Below are positions 1 through 8,039 of a stretch of DNA of 35,880 nucleotides, in pieces. Both the position numbers and the translations under genes were made by a program. The notes under the pieces were generated by a model. That model saw only the letters and a list, made by a program, of their open reading frames with translations. It made no database searches and was not told the origin of the DNA. The stretch's first letter is position 1. Each line of letters opens with the position of its first letter. This DNA is from Acidimicrobiales bacterium (GTDB lineage: Bacteria; Actinomycetota; Acidimicrobiia; Acidimicrobiales; Palsa-688). The stretch covers positions 1 to 35,880 of the forward strand of contig JBPYFF010000096.1 of the NCBI GenBank assembly GCA_051984455.1, written 5' to 3'.

Positions 1-2
1 TG

Positions 3-935
3 GGTACCCCCACCCACCAGCAGGTGCAGGGGTTCCTCAACACCGAGAAGATACCCGACCTGTTCGTTGCCTCCGGATGCGTGTGCTGGAACGATACCGC
101 CAGGTACCCGTACACGACTGGCTACCAGACCAACTACGCGATCGAGGGCCGCATCCTGGGCAACTACATCAACAACAACTTCAAGGGCCAGAAGGTCGGC
201 TACCTGCTGCAGAACGACGACGTGGGTCAAGGCGGCGAGGCCGGCCTCGACAAGGAGATCCCGCCGTCGGAGGTCACCAAAGAGAAGTACGACGTGACCA
301 GCCTGACCGGCCCCCTGACCAACGAGATGTCGGCCCTGCAGGCCGCGGGAGTCAAGGTCGTGGTGCTGTTCTCGATCCCGGACGCCACCGCGCTGGCCCT
401 GCTGGCGGCCGCTCAGCTCGGCTACCACCCCCAGTACGTCGCGTCGAGCATCAACGCTGACAGGGGCACCCTGGCCGGGCTTCTTTCCAGCTTCTCCAAG
501 GGCGCGGCCGGAGGATCGCTCTTGAACGGCTTCCTCACCGCCGGCTACGTGCCCAGCTCGAGCACCACGTCGAACCCGTGGATCCAGCTGTTCAAGAAGA
601 TCCACGACCAGTACGACACTTCCAACCCGTTCGACAACAACGCCGTGTACGGGATGTCGGTCGGCTACACCTTCTACCAGTTGCTGCAAAAGAACGGGAA
701 GAACCTGACCCGCTCGAGCCTTATTAACGCCCTCAATGGCGCCACTTTCTCTGGGCCGGGCCTTCTGCCCCTGACCTTCACGTCCACGGACCACCGGGGC
801 TATGAGGGCGAGCAGATGGCCAGGTTCGACAGCTCGGGTGGTGTGACCGGCTTCGGACCGGTGTACAAGACGCTCGAGACCGGCCCCATCACCACGTACA
901 CGGGCGGCCAGCCGAACCCCCCTTCCGGCTTTTAG
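3..935 (+). CDS. ABC transporter substrate-binding protein, type-I periplasmic binding fold (Leu/Ile/Val-binding-like); 5' end cut by the window edge
   Basis: The frame is open from the window edge and is the same frame as track ORF 24..935. The translation (LFVASG.., KVGYLLQNDDVGQGG, VKVVVLFSIPDAT, YHPQYVASS) has the pattern and length of LivK-type solute-binding proteins. Third-codon positions are GC-rich. Confidence 0.65.
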   Translation, partial: GTPTHQQVQGFLNTEKIPDLFVASGCVCWNDTARYPYTTGYQTNYAIEGRILGNYINNNFKGQKVGYLLQNDDVGQGGEAGLDKEIPPSEVTKEKYDVTSLTGPLTNEMSALQAAGVKVVVLFSIPDATALALLAAAQLGYHPQYVASSINADRGTLAGLLSSFSKGAAGGSLLNGFLTAGYVPSSSTTSNPWIQLFKKIHDQYDTSNPFDNNAVYGMSVGYTFYQLLQKNGKNLTRSSLINALNGATFSGPGLLPLTFTSTDHRGYEGEQMARFDSSGGVTGFGPVYKTLETGPITTYTGGQPNPPSGF

Positions 936-950
936 CCGTTCGCGGTTCCA

Positions 951-969
951 GCCCGGGCCACGCCCGGGC
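951..969. terminator. GC-rich hairpin between convergent genes (GCCCGGGC-cac-GCCCGGGC); possible bidirectional terminator
   Basis: An 8-bp self-complementary octamer is repeated with a 3-nt spacer. It lies between the stop of the binding-protein gene (935) and the stop of pckG (993). There is no U-tract. Confidence 0.3.
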
Positions 970-992
970 CGGGCCGGCCTTCCTCCGGGTGA

Positions 993-2792
993 TCAGCCGA
1001 GCCGGCGCCGGAGCGCTTCGAGTTCCTCCCGCAGCGCAGGCGGCAACCGGTCACCAAAGATGGCGAAGTGTTCCTCGATGAGGGGCACCTCACCCCGCCA
1101 GTCCCCGGCGTTGACACGTAGCACGTTGGCCATGTCAGCCGGCGTAACCTTTAGCCCCTCGATCGGAATGGCGTCGGCCGCGGGGACGAGACCAATCGGC
1201 GTCTCGACCGCGCCCCCCGTGCCGGCACATCGCCGGAAGACCCATTCCAGCACGCGGCTGTTCTCGCCGAAGCCGGGCCACAACCACCGGCCGTCGGCAT
1301 CCTTGCGGAACCAGTTGACGTAGAACATCTTGGGCAACTTCTCCGGGTCGGTCATCTGTTCGATCGACAACCAGTGCCCGAAGTAGTCAGCCATGTTGTA
1401 GCCGCAGAAGGGCAACATGGCGAAGGGGTCGCGCCGGAGTTTGCCCACCGCTCCTGCGGCTGCCGCTGTCGTCTCCGACGCCATGATGGAGCCGAGAAAG
1501 ACGCCGTGGCGCCAGTTGAACGCTTCGGTGATGAGCGGAACGACCGACGACCGGCGCCCCCCAAAGAGGATGGCTGAGATCGGGACACCTGCCGGGTCCT
1601 CCCATTCGGGCGCGATGGCCGGGTCCTGGGCGGCCGGAGCGGTGAACCTGGCGTTGGGATGGGCGGCCGGCGTCCCCGACCGCGGGGTCCAGTCGTGGCG
1701 CTTCCAGTCCGTCAGGTGGGGAGGCGGCGTTTCGGTCATGCCCTCCCACCAGACGTCGCGCTCGTCGGTCAGCGCGGTGTTGGTGAAAATGCAGTTGCCG
1801 TCGAGGGTCAGCATGGCGTTGGGGTTGGTCTTCGAGCTGGTGCCGGGCGCGACGCCGAAGAAGCCGGCCTCGGGGTTGATGGCGTACAGCCGCCCATCGG
1901 TGCCGAACTTCATCCAGCAGATGTCATCGCCGACCGTCTCGACCTTCCAGCCGGGCAGGGTCGGCACCAGCATGGCCAGGTTGGTCTTCCCGCATGCGGA
2001 AGGAAACGCGCCGGTGATGTAGCGGGTCTCCCCCTCGGGGGACGTCAGCTTGACAATGAGCATGTGCTCGGCCAGCCAGCCATCGTCCCGAGCCATGACG
2101 GACGCGATCCGCAGTGCGAAGCACTTCTTGCCGAGCAGGGCATTGCCTCCGTAACCCGAGCCGAACGACCAGATCTCCCGCGTCTCGGGGAAATGCACGA
2201 TGTACTTGTTCTCGGCGTTACACGGCCAAGGCACGTCGGCCTCGCCGGGCCCAAGCGGGGCGCCGAGCGAGTGGACACAGGGTACGAACTCCCCGTCGGT
2301 GCCCAGCACTTCCAGCACGCCCCGACCCATGCGGGTCATGATCCGCATGCTGGCGGCCACATACGGTGAGTCGGTCAGTTGAACGCCGATGTGAGCGATG
2401 GGTGACCCGAGCGGTCCCATGGAGAATGGCACCACGTACATGGTCCGGCCCGCCATGGAACCCTTGAACAACGTCCTGAGGGTCGCCTTCATCTCCGCCG
2501 GGTCGCGCCAGTTGTTGGTCGGCCCGGCGTCCTCTGAACGGGCGGAGCAGATGAACGTTCGATCCTCGACCCTGGCCACGTCGGCGGGGTCCGAGGTCGC
2601 CCAGTAGCTATTCGGGCGCTTGGCGTCCGACAGCCGGGTGAACGTCCCGGCGTCCACCAGCAACTGGCATAGCCGGTCGTACTCGTCGGCCGAGCCGTCG
2701 CACCACACGACCCTGTCCGGGGTCAACAGCGCGGCCCAATCCTCGACCCACTCGATCAGCCTGGCGTGGCTTGTTGGGGCTGTGGTCGTCAC
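993..2792 (-). CDS. pckG: Phosphoenolpyruvate carboxykinase (GTP)
   Basis: Part of track ORF 993..2876. It carries [13 protein letters not shown] (P-loop/kinase-1a), YVVPFSMGP and YVNWFRKD, which are typical of GTP-PEPCK. I trimmed the start to GTG at 2792 because AAGGAGAGG lies 9 nt upstream, and this gives about 600 aa, the usual length. Confidence 0.93.
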   Translation of the reverse strand: MTTTAPTSHARLIEWVEDWAALLTPDRVVWCDGSADEYDRLCQLLVDAGTFTRLSDAKRPNSYWATSDPADVARVEDRTFICSARSEDAGPTNNWRDPAEMKATLRTLFKGSMAGRTMYVVPFSMGPLGSPIAHIGVQLTDSPYVAASMRIMTRMGRGVLEVLGTDGEFVPCVHSLGAPLGPGEADVPWPCNAENKYIVHFPETREIWSFGSGYGGNALLGKKCFALRIASVMARDDGWLAEHMLIVKLTSPEGETRYITGAFPSACGKTNLAMLVPTLPGWKVETVGDDICWMKFGTDGRLYAINPEAGFFGVAPGTSSKTNPNAMLTLDGNCIFTNTALTDERDVWWEGMTETPPPHLTDWKRHDWTPRSGTPAAHPNARFTAPAAQDPAIAPEWEDPAGVPISAILFGGRRSSVVPLITEAFNWRHGVFLGSIMASETTAAAAGAVGKLRRDPFAMLPFCGYNMADYFGHWLSIEQMTDPEKLPKMFYVNWFRKDADGRWLWPGFGENSRVLEWVFRRCAGTGGAVETPIGLVPAADAIPIEGLKVTPADMANVLRVNAGDWRGEVPLIEEHFAIFGDRLPPALREELEALRRRLG

Positions 2793-2872
2793 CAGTTTGC
2801 ACCTCTCCTTCGAGGTTGGCTTGTCCTCCTGCGACAGGCGGCCCCCCAGCTCGGACCTTCCCGAGCCCGGCC

Positions 2873-3109
2873 TCATGCCGGCGACGGCGGCTCCGCCGGT
2901 GAGGCCATGTCGACCTCCGAGCCGAGCCGCAGTCGAGTAGCACAGCCCGCGTCATCGAGCTCGAACACGACGCGTTGACCCTGGCGCAGCATCCGGAAGA
3001 TCGAACCGACAAGGGCATCGGTGGACAGGTCGTACTCGGTCAGGTCCGTGTCCCGCACGAGAACGCCCAGACCGGTTGCCGGGTCGTACGACTTGACGAC
3101 GCCCTGCAT
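2873..3109 (-). CDS. Small cold-shock-domain-like protein (degenerate CSD, 78 aa), function unknown
   Basis: [18 protein letters not shown]...GQRVVFEL follows the CspA template (MxGxVKWFNxxKGFGFI...GQxVxF), but the aromatic RNP1/RNP2 residues are replaced. A strong RBS (AAGGAGGAG) lies just upstream of the ATG. It is on the same strand as pckG, 80 nt upstream. Confidence 0.6.
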   Translation of the reverse strand: MQGVVKSYDPATGLGVLVRDTDLTEYDLSTDALVGSIFRMLRQGQRVVFELDDAGCATRLRLGSEVDMASPAEPPSPA

Positions 3110-3180
3110 GCGGTTGCTGTTCTCCTCCTTCGATGTGACCTGCCTACTCTCCCCATAGTGGACGTTAGTGGAGCCTTTCC

Positions 3181-4098
3181 GTGACCGGCGAGTTCGCGGC
3201 CATCGAGCGGCTGCGTCAACTGTTGCCGGGAGCAGGCCCGGGCTCGGTCGGGATCGGCGACGACGCGGCCGCCATTCCCCGCCCGGCCGGCGGCTGGCTG
3301 TTGCTCACGATCGACACGGTCGTGGCCGGCGTCCATGCCGATTTGAGCTTGAGCGGCCCGGACGATCTGGGCTGGAAGGCGGTCGCCGTCAACGTCAGCG
3401 ACATCGCAGCAATGGGAGGGCGGCCAGAGTACGGCTTGCTGTCGGTGGCGGGTCCCCCCGGCACCGACCTGGATCTGGTCGGACGGGGTGTGGCGGAAGC
3501 AGCCCGCCGCTACGGATGCGCCGTCGTCGGCGGCGATCTGGTCAACGCCGACGGCATTGTCATCACCGTCGCCCTGGCCGGGGCATGCGACGGCGCCCCC
3601 GTGCTCCGCTCCGGCGCTCGCCCCGGCGACGGTATATGGGTGACGGGGCGCCTCGGTCTTTCTGCGGCCGGGCTTCGACTGTTGAAGGAGTCCGGGATCA
3701 CCGCCGGCCCCGCGGTCGACGCCCACCGGCGGCCCAAACCCTCCGTCCAGGCGGGGCTGGCCGCCCGCGCGGCCGGCGCCACTTCCATGATCGATGTGTC
3801 CGATGGGCTGCTGGCCGACCTCGGCCACCTGGCCGACGCCTCCGGCGTCGGCTTCGCCATCGAGGGCGTGCCCGCCGGCGATGGCGCCACGCGGGAGGAG
3901 GCACTGACCGGCGGAGAGGACTACGTGCTGGTCTTCACCGTGCCAGATGGGGCTGACGTCGACGAAGCCTTCGCCCCGTTGCCCTCCCCGTACCGGCTCG
4001 GCCGGTGCACGGAGGATGGCAGCGAGCGCACGGTCGACGGGCGCGGGGCGCCGGCGGCCGGCGGCTGGGAACACACCTGGAGGGCGTCGCCGGCATGA
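3181..4098 (+). CDS. thiL: Thiamine-monophosphate kinase
   Basis: GEFAAIERL...GIGDDAA, TIDTVVAGVHA and DISDG-type motifs of the AIR-synthase-like ThiL family. About 305 aa. GTG start. Confidence 0.88.
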   Translation: MTGEFAAIERLRQLLPGAGPGSVGIGDDAAAIPRPAGGWLLLTIDTVVAGVHADLSLSGPDDLGWKAVAVNVSDIAAMGGRPEYGLLSVAGPPGTDLDLVGRGVAEAARRYGCAVVGGDLVNADGIVITVALAGACDGAPVLRSGARPGDGIWVTGRLGLSAAGLRLLKESGITAGPAVDAHRRPKPSVQAGLAARAAGATSMIDVSDGLLADLGHLADASGVGFAIEGVPAGDGATREEALTGGEDYVLVFTVPDGADVDEAFAPLPSPYRLGRCTEDGSERTVDGRGAPAAGGWEHTWRASPA

Positions 4099-4946
4099 CC
4101 ACCAGGCCTCCCGCACGGCCGGTCGCCCTGACGATTGCCGGCTCCGACTCGAGCGGAGGCGCCGGGATCTCGGCCGACCTGAAGACCTTTGCGGCCCTGG
4201 GCGTTTGGGGGACGACTGCCGTCACCGCAGTGACCGCACAGAACACCCGGGGGGTCAAGGCGTCTCTCCTCCTGCCGCCCTGGTTGGTCGCGGCCCAGAT
4301 CGACGCGGTCGCGGTCGATGTGCAGGTGCACGCGGCCAAGACCGGGATGCTCGGGTCGGCCGAGATCATCGGTGCCGTCGCCCGCGCTTTTTTGGCCAGC
4401 GGGATTCCCCGCCTTGTGGTCGACCCGGTGGTGATGGCCACGCAGGGCGATCGCCTGCTCGACGCTGACGCGCTGACACCGCTGCGAAAACAGCTGCTCC
4501 CGCTGGCGACGGTCGTCACGCCCAACCTGGCCGAGGCGGCCGCCTTGACGGGTCTGGACGTGGCAGACCGTGGCGGCATGGTCGCCGCGGCCGAAGCCCT
4601 TCACCGCCTCGGCGCGTCGGTCGTCCTGCTCACCGGCGGCCATCTTCCCGACCGGGCCTGGTCGCCCGACCTGATCTGGACGGCCGGCGGACCCGTGTGG
4701 CTGGAAGCCGATCGCGTCGAGACCGTCCACACTCATGGCACCGGCTGTGTTCTGTCCGCGGCCGTCACGGCCGAGCTGGCCCGGGGGCGGGACCCGGTCG
4801 AGGCGTGCCAGCTGGGCAAGCGGTTCGTGACCGGTGCCATCCGGGCCGGCTTCCCGCTGGGCGCCGGCCCCGGGCCAATCGATCCCGGCTTTCCCGGTTG
4901 GCCTCGGGCTGGCGGCGGGGGACGCGGCGACCGCGGGGGATTTTGA
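4095..4946 (+). CDS. thiD: Hydroxymethylpyrimidine/phosphomethylpyrimidine kinase
   Basis: ALTIAGSDSSGGAGISADLKTF, VKTGML and HTHGTGCVLSAA are ThiD/ribokinase-family motifs. The start is set at internal ATG 4095, which forms an ATGA overlap with the thiL stop. Confidence 0.9.
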   Translation: MTTRPPARPVALTIAGSDSSGGAGISADLKTFAALGVWGTTAVTAVTAQNTRGVKASLLLPPWLVAAQIDAVAVDVQVHAAKTGMLGSAEIIGAVARAFLASGIPRLVVDPVVMATQGDRLLDADALTPLRKQLLPLATVVTPNLAEAAALTGLDVADRGGMVAAAEALHRLGASVVLLTGGHLPDRAWSPDLIWTAGGPVWLEADRVETVHTHGTGCVLSAAVTAELARGRDPVEACQLGKRFVTGAIRAGFPLGAGPGPIDPGFPGWPRAGGGGRGDRGGF

Positions 4947-4952
4947 TGTTCG

Positions 4953-5027
4953 CTGGCGATCTTGAGTTCAAAATTGCCAAAAAAGCGCGTTGCCAAAAAA
5001 GCGCGCTTTTGCACCAAAGATCGCCAG
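4953..5027. repeat. Composite low-GC palindromic element: 21-nt imperfect inverted arms flanking two perfect tandem 16-mers
   Basis: The arms are CTGGCGATCTTGAGTTCAAAA (4953-4973) and TTTTGCACCAAAGATCGCCAG (5007-5027). They are complementary at 18/21 positions, and the outer 11 are perfect. TTGCCAAAAAAGCGCG occurs at 4974-4989 and again at 4990-5005. A perfect 14-bp palindrome AAAAGCGCGCTTTT lies at 4997-5010. Confidence 0.85.
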
Positions 5028-5052
5028 TAAACACGAGAACCGGCTGGCGCCT

Positions 5053-5085
5053 GGCCCGATCCGGCCGGGTCGGTGCACCTTTTTT
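5053..5085 (+). terminator. Weak candidate intrinsic terminator (hairpin plus T6 tract) downstream of thiD
   Basis: GGCCCG-atccggc-CGGGTC can pair (6 bp including one G:U). The palindrome GGTGCACC and then TTTTTT (5080-5085) follow. The geometry is not canonical because the stem is 8 nt from the T tract. Confidence 0.2.
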
Positions 5086-5273
5086 GCCCCTCCTGGACGA
5101 ACCGCTCAAGCCGGGCGCCGGACTGGCCGACAACAAGCGCCAGGACCCATGCATGGTTACTGTCGCCCAGTTTGACCAGCCTCACTGGAGGGGGCGGGCA
5201 CCCATCGCTGTGAAGTCGACCGCGACGGGGCGTTGGCGCACGTCGTTGGGGCGGTGAGGGCGGTGAGGGGGCG

Positions 5274-6077
5274 GTGACGAGCCCGATGGTCGACGCCGAG
5301 GCCGGCCAGGTGTTCAGCGACTTGCTCTTCCTCGCGGCCATGTCCTGCCAGGCGGCCATGGCGATGATTTCGGTCGCGCAACCGGACGGGTCGTGGAGCA
5401 CGTTGACCTATGGGGTCGACCGGAGGGAACCCCTCTGCGATGCCGAGCTGTTCGCTGCCGTTGCCGCAGGCTCAGACCCGGTCGAAGTGACCGACGCGGG
5501 CGCCGATCCCCGCCTGGCCACCAGCGTGCTTACTGCACCGCTCGGAGTGCGTCACTTCTACGGCATCCCGCTGCGTAGTCCCGACCAGGCGTCGGTCGGT
5601 GTGCTGTGTGTGCTCGACCGCAGGGCGAGAGAGCTGGGCAAGCGGGAGCAGCAGGCCGTGGCCGCGGTCGGTCGGCAGCTCACCGGCCAGCTGGTGCTGT
5701 GGCGCCGGCCCCGCAGGTCGCCGTGGCCGGTCGAGGACGTCGACGGCCGGAATGGATGGCGTCCGCCCGGCGCCCGCGGCGTCGCCAGCACCGTCAGCGC
5801 CGACGGCGTTGCCGGCACCGCCAGCGCCGGCGCGGCCGGTTCTGCCTTCTCCGGCTCGCCGCCTGCCCGCCACGACCAGCCCCTGCTTCGCAGCCATGAA
5901 GTCGCCCTCCTGTTCGACGTGACGGGGCGGACCGTCGTCAACTGGGCATCATCCAGGAAGCTGGCATCGCTGCGTACGGCCGGCGGACACCTGCGATTTC
6001 GGAGCGAGGATGTCCTGGCCCTCCTCGCAGCCCAGTCTCCTCGCTCCGGCGACGAACTCTTCCCTTCGGGGGGCTAA
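5274..6077 (+). CDS. Putative transcriptional regulator: N-terminal GAF domain, disordered linker, C-terminal excisionase/MerR-type helix-turn-helix
   Basis: The N-terminus (VTDAGADPRLA...HFYGIPLRSPDQASVGVLCVLDRRARELG) matches the GAF pattern D..DPRF...FYAG.PL...G..IG.LCV.D. The C-terminus (LLRSHEVALLFDVTGRTVVNWASSRKLASLRTAGGHLRFRSEDVLALL) looks like an excisionase-family HTH. The start is GTG 5274; the alternative is ATG 5286. An in-frame stop lies at 5211. Confidence 0.7.
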   Translation: MTSPMVDAEAGQVFSDLLFLAAMSCQAAMAMISVAQPDGSWSTLTYGVDRREPLCDAELFAAVAAGSDPVEVTDAGADPRLATSVLTAPLGVRHFYGIPLRSPDQASVGVLCVLDRRARELGKREQQAVAAVGRQLTGQLVLWRRPRRSPWPVEDVDGRNGWRPPGARGVASTVSADGVAGTASAGAAGSAFSGSPPARHDQPLLRSHEVALLFDVTGRTVVNWASSRKLASLRTAGGHLRFRSEDVLALLAAQSPRSGDELFPSGG

Positions 6078-6111
6078 CTCCTCGCAGGTCCAAGCCCGGC
6101 GGAGCGTTGCT

Positions 6112-6306
6112 TTAGTGGGAGACCTTGGTGATTTTGCCCGCCCGGATGCACGACGTGCAGACTCGCAAGCGCCGGGGGGTGCCGTCGACGAGGACCCGGA
6201 TCCGCTGGATATTGGGGTTCCACCGGCGCTTGGTCCGCCGATGGGAATGGCTGATGCTCATGCCGAACGAGGGATGCTTCCCGCACACCTCACAAACCGC
6301 TGCCAT
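6112..6306 (-). CDS. rpmB: 50S ribosomal protein L28 (Cys-containing, Zn-ribbon type)
   Basis: MAAVCEVCGKHPSFGMSISHSHRRTKRRWNPNIQRIRV...CTSCIRAGK. The start is trimmed to ATG 6306, with GAGAGGTG 7 nt upstream. The track ORF extends to 6375. Confidence 0.93.
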   Translation of the reverse strand: MAAVCEVCGKHPSFGMSISHSHRRTKRRWNPNIQRIRVLVDGTPRRLRVCTSCIRAGKITKVSH

Positions 6307-6369
6307 GGAAACGCACCTCTCGTCAGGCGCGCCCACGCGCCCGTGAACTGCAGGGACAGGGGTAAACGT

Positions 6370-6375
6370 TACCAT
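6370..6375 (+). promoter_or_regulatory. Possible -10 hexamer (TACCAT) for a leaderless or near-leaderless DAK2-gene transcript
   Basis: A TANNNT match lies 8 nt upstream of ATG 6384, and no Shine-Dalgarno sequence lies between them. It overlaps the small palindrome GGTAA-acg-TTACC (6361-6373) in the rpmB/DAK2 divergent region. Confidence 0.2.
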
Positions 6376-6383
6376 CGCTCCGT

Positions 6384-8039
6384 ATGCGGACGCTCGAGCG
6401 GCTGACGCCGTCTGACCTGGCGTCGGTCGTGGTCACCTACCGCGACGCCCTCCGCGGCCACCAGGAGGCGATCAACCGCCTCAACGTCTATCCGGTACCA
6501 GACGGCGACACCGGCACCAACATGGCTCTTACCGTCGAGGCTGCCGTCGCCGAGCTCGCCGAGCTCGACGGAGACGGGACCGATCTCCCGGCGGTATGCC
6601 AGGCGATCACCCATGGCTCGTTGATGGGGGCGCGGGGCAACTCTGGCGTCATCCTGTCCCAGATCCTCCGGGGCCTTGCCGATGCGTTCGCCCATGACCC
6701 GAACGGTGATTCCATGACCGTCGCCGAGGGGCTCAACCGGGCGACCACGGGGGCCTACGGGGCGGTCATGCGGCCGGTGGAAGGAACCATCCTCTCCGTC
6801 GTGCGAGCCGCCGCCGATGCCGCCGCCGGCGTCGGGTCTGGCCCGGTGGCCAGCTTGACCAGCGTTCTCGACAACTGCCATGACGCCGCGGCCGACGCCC
6901 TGCGACGCACTCCCGACCAGCTGCCGGTCCTCAAGCAATCCGGCGTCGTTGACGCGGGCGGCGCGGGCTTCGTGTTGCTGCTCGACGCCTTCCTGCACGT
7001 GGTCGCGGACCGGCCGCTGCCCGAACCGGCCACGCCGGCTCCAGCCGTTTTCGCGCCTGGACAGATGGACGCCGCCGGCGACGCGAGCGACGTCGGCGAC
7101 CTGCGGTACGAAGTGATGTACTTCCTCGAGGCGCCCGACGAGACGATTCCCGCCTTCCGGGACGTGTGGGCGGGAATCGGCGACTCGATCGTGGTTGTCG
7201 GCGGCGACGGCATCTGGAACTGCCACATCCACACCGATGACGTCGGTGGTGCCATAGAGGCAGCACTCGACGTTGGGCGGCCCCGGCAGATCCGGGTGGC
7301 CGATCTGCTGGAACAGGTAGAAGAGGAGCGCTGGGTGCGCGAGGCGGGGGTGACCCCGGAGGTGCCGCCAGCCTTCGAGCCGGTCGCCTGCGCGGTCGTG
7401 GCAGTGGGGATGGGGGAGGGCATCGGCCGCATCTTTCATTCCCTTGGCGTCCACCAGCTGGTTGCCGGCGGTCAGTCCATGAATCCCTCGACGGTCCAAC
7501 TGCTCGACGCCATTGACGCCGCCCCGGCCAACCAGGTCGTCGTCCTTCCCAACAACAGCAATATCGTTCCGGTGGCGGAACAGGCAGCCAGCGTGTCGGC
7601 CAAGACGGTTCGGGTTGTGCCCACGCGAGGCATAGCGGAAGGCTTCGCTGCCTTGCTCGAATACGACCCTGCGTCTGGTGCCGACGACAACGCCACGACG
7701 ATGGAGGAGGCGGCCGCCCGGGTGGTCTCGGCCGAGATCCCCCGGGCCGTGCGCACCAGCGTCCGGGAAACGGGCGTCATCCATGAGGGCGACTATCTGG
7801 GGCTCTCCCGGTCGGGCCTCGAAGTGGTGGCCCGGTCGCTGGTCGAGGCCGGCCAGGACCTCCTGGCCAAGCTGGTGGACGACGGGCATGAAATCGTCAC
7901 CATCATCGAAGGCGACGGCGCGACCAAGGCAGACACTCGCTGCCTCACCGACTGGCTGCAGGAGCACCGCCCGGGGGTCACACCTGAGGTCCACCATGGC
8001 GGCCAACCGCTCTACCCTTACCTGTTTTCGATCGAGTGA
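6384..8039 (+). CDS. DAK2 domain-containing protein (YloV family, dihydroxyacetone-kinase-like fusion protein)
   Basis: INRLNVYPVPDGDTGTNM, GARGNSGVILSQ and a C-terminal DegV-associated/YloV-like half. About 551 aa. It has the conserved position between rpmB and recG. Confidence 0.88.
   Translation: MRTLERLTPSDLASVVVTYRDALRGHQEAINRLNVYPVPDGDTGTNMALTVEAAVAELAELDGDGTDLPAVCQAITHGSLMGARGNSGVILSQILRGLADAFAHDPNGDSMTVAEGLNRATTGAYGAVMRPVEGTILSVVRAAADAAAGVGSGPVASLTSVLDNCHDAAADALRRTPDQLPVLKQSGVVDAGGAGFVLLLDAFLHVVADRPLPEPATPAPAVFAPGQMDAAGDASDVGDLRYEVMYFLEAPDETIPAFRDVWAGIGDSIVVVGGDGIWNCHIHTDDVGGAIEAALDVGRPRQIRVADLLEQVEEERWVREAGVTPEVPPAFEPVACAVVAVGMGEGIGRIFHSLGVHQLVAGGQSMNPSTVQLLDAIDAAPANQVVVLPNNSNIVPVAEQAASVSAKTVRVVPTRGIAEGFAALLEYDPASGADDNATTMEEAAARVVSAEIPRAVRTSVRETGVIHEGDYLGLSRSGLEVVARSLVEAGQDLLAKLVDDGHEIVTIIEGDGATKADTRCLTDWLQEHRPGVTPEVHHGGQPLYPYLFSIE

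Noticed and set aside
993-2876. Upstream-extended starts given by the ORF track (pckG to 2876, rpmB to 6375, esterase to 11147, rsmD from 11276, thiD from 4005, dprA from 30677, tsf from 34660, ffh from 21873)
   Set aside because: The extensions are non-homologous, overlap upstream genes or intergenic regions, and internal starts match canonical family N-termini and/or have Shine-Dalgarno sequences or 4-nt coupling overlaps.
3110-3180. Possible TPP riboswitch upstream of thiL-thiD
   Set aside because: Only about 70 nt of divergent intergenic sequence is available, and it is largely taken up by the RBS of the opposite gene. I could not find the conserved CUGAGA / ACCUGAUCUGGAUAAUGCCAGCG-type TPP aptamer elements.
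3040-4116. 358-aa minus-strand ORF antisense to thiL (with 3168-3956 +, 3921-4736 - and 3935-4579 - in the same area)
   Set aside because: The translations are Arg/Gly/Pro/Ala-rich and low-complexity, with no recognisable motifs. They fully overlap thiL/thiD, which have clear family signatures. These are typical high-GC shadow ORFs.
4974-5005. Possible CRISPR-like or minisatellite array
   Set aside because: There are only two directly abutting 16-bp copies with no spacers, and no cas genes in the window. I treat it as a tandem duplication inside a palindromic element.
4946-5257. 104-codon plus-strand ORF starting at an ATG that overlaps the thiD stop (TGATG): MFAGDLEFKIAKKARCQKSALL...
   Set aside because: Its first 30 codons are simply the low-GC palindromic/tandem-repeat element read in one frame. 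The rest is Arg/Trp/Gly-rich with no motif or hydrophobic core pattern. GC3 is only modestly raised, so I cannot support it as a gene, and it is left as a Ribo-seq question.
6369-8006. 545-aa minus-strand ORF antisense to the DAK2/YloV gene
   Set aside because: It is a shadow ORF. The plus-strand frame carries the DAK2 motifs and conserved synteny, and the antisense product is compositionally biased with no motifs.
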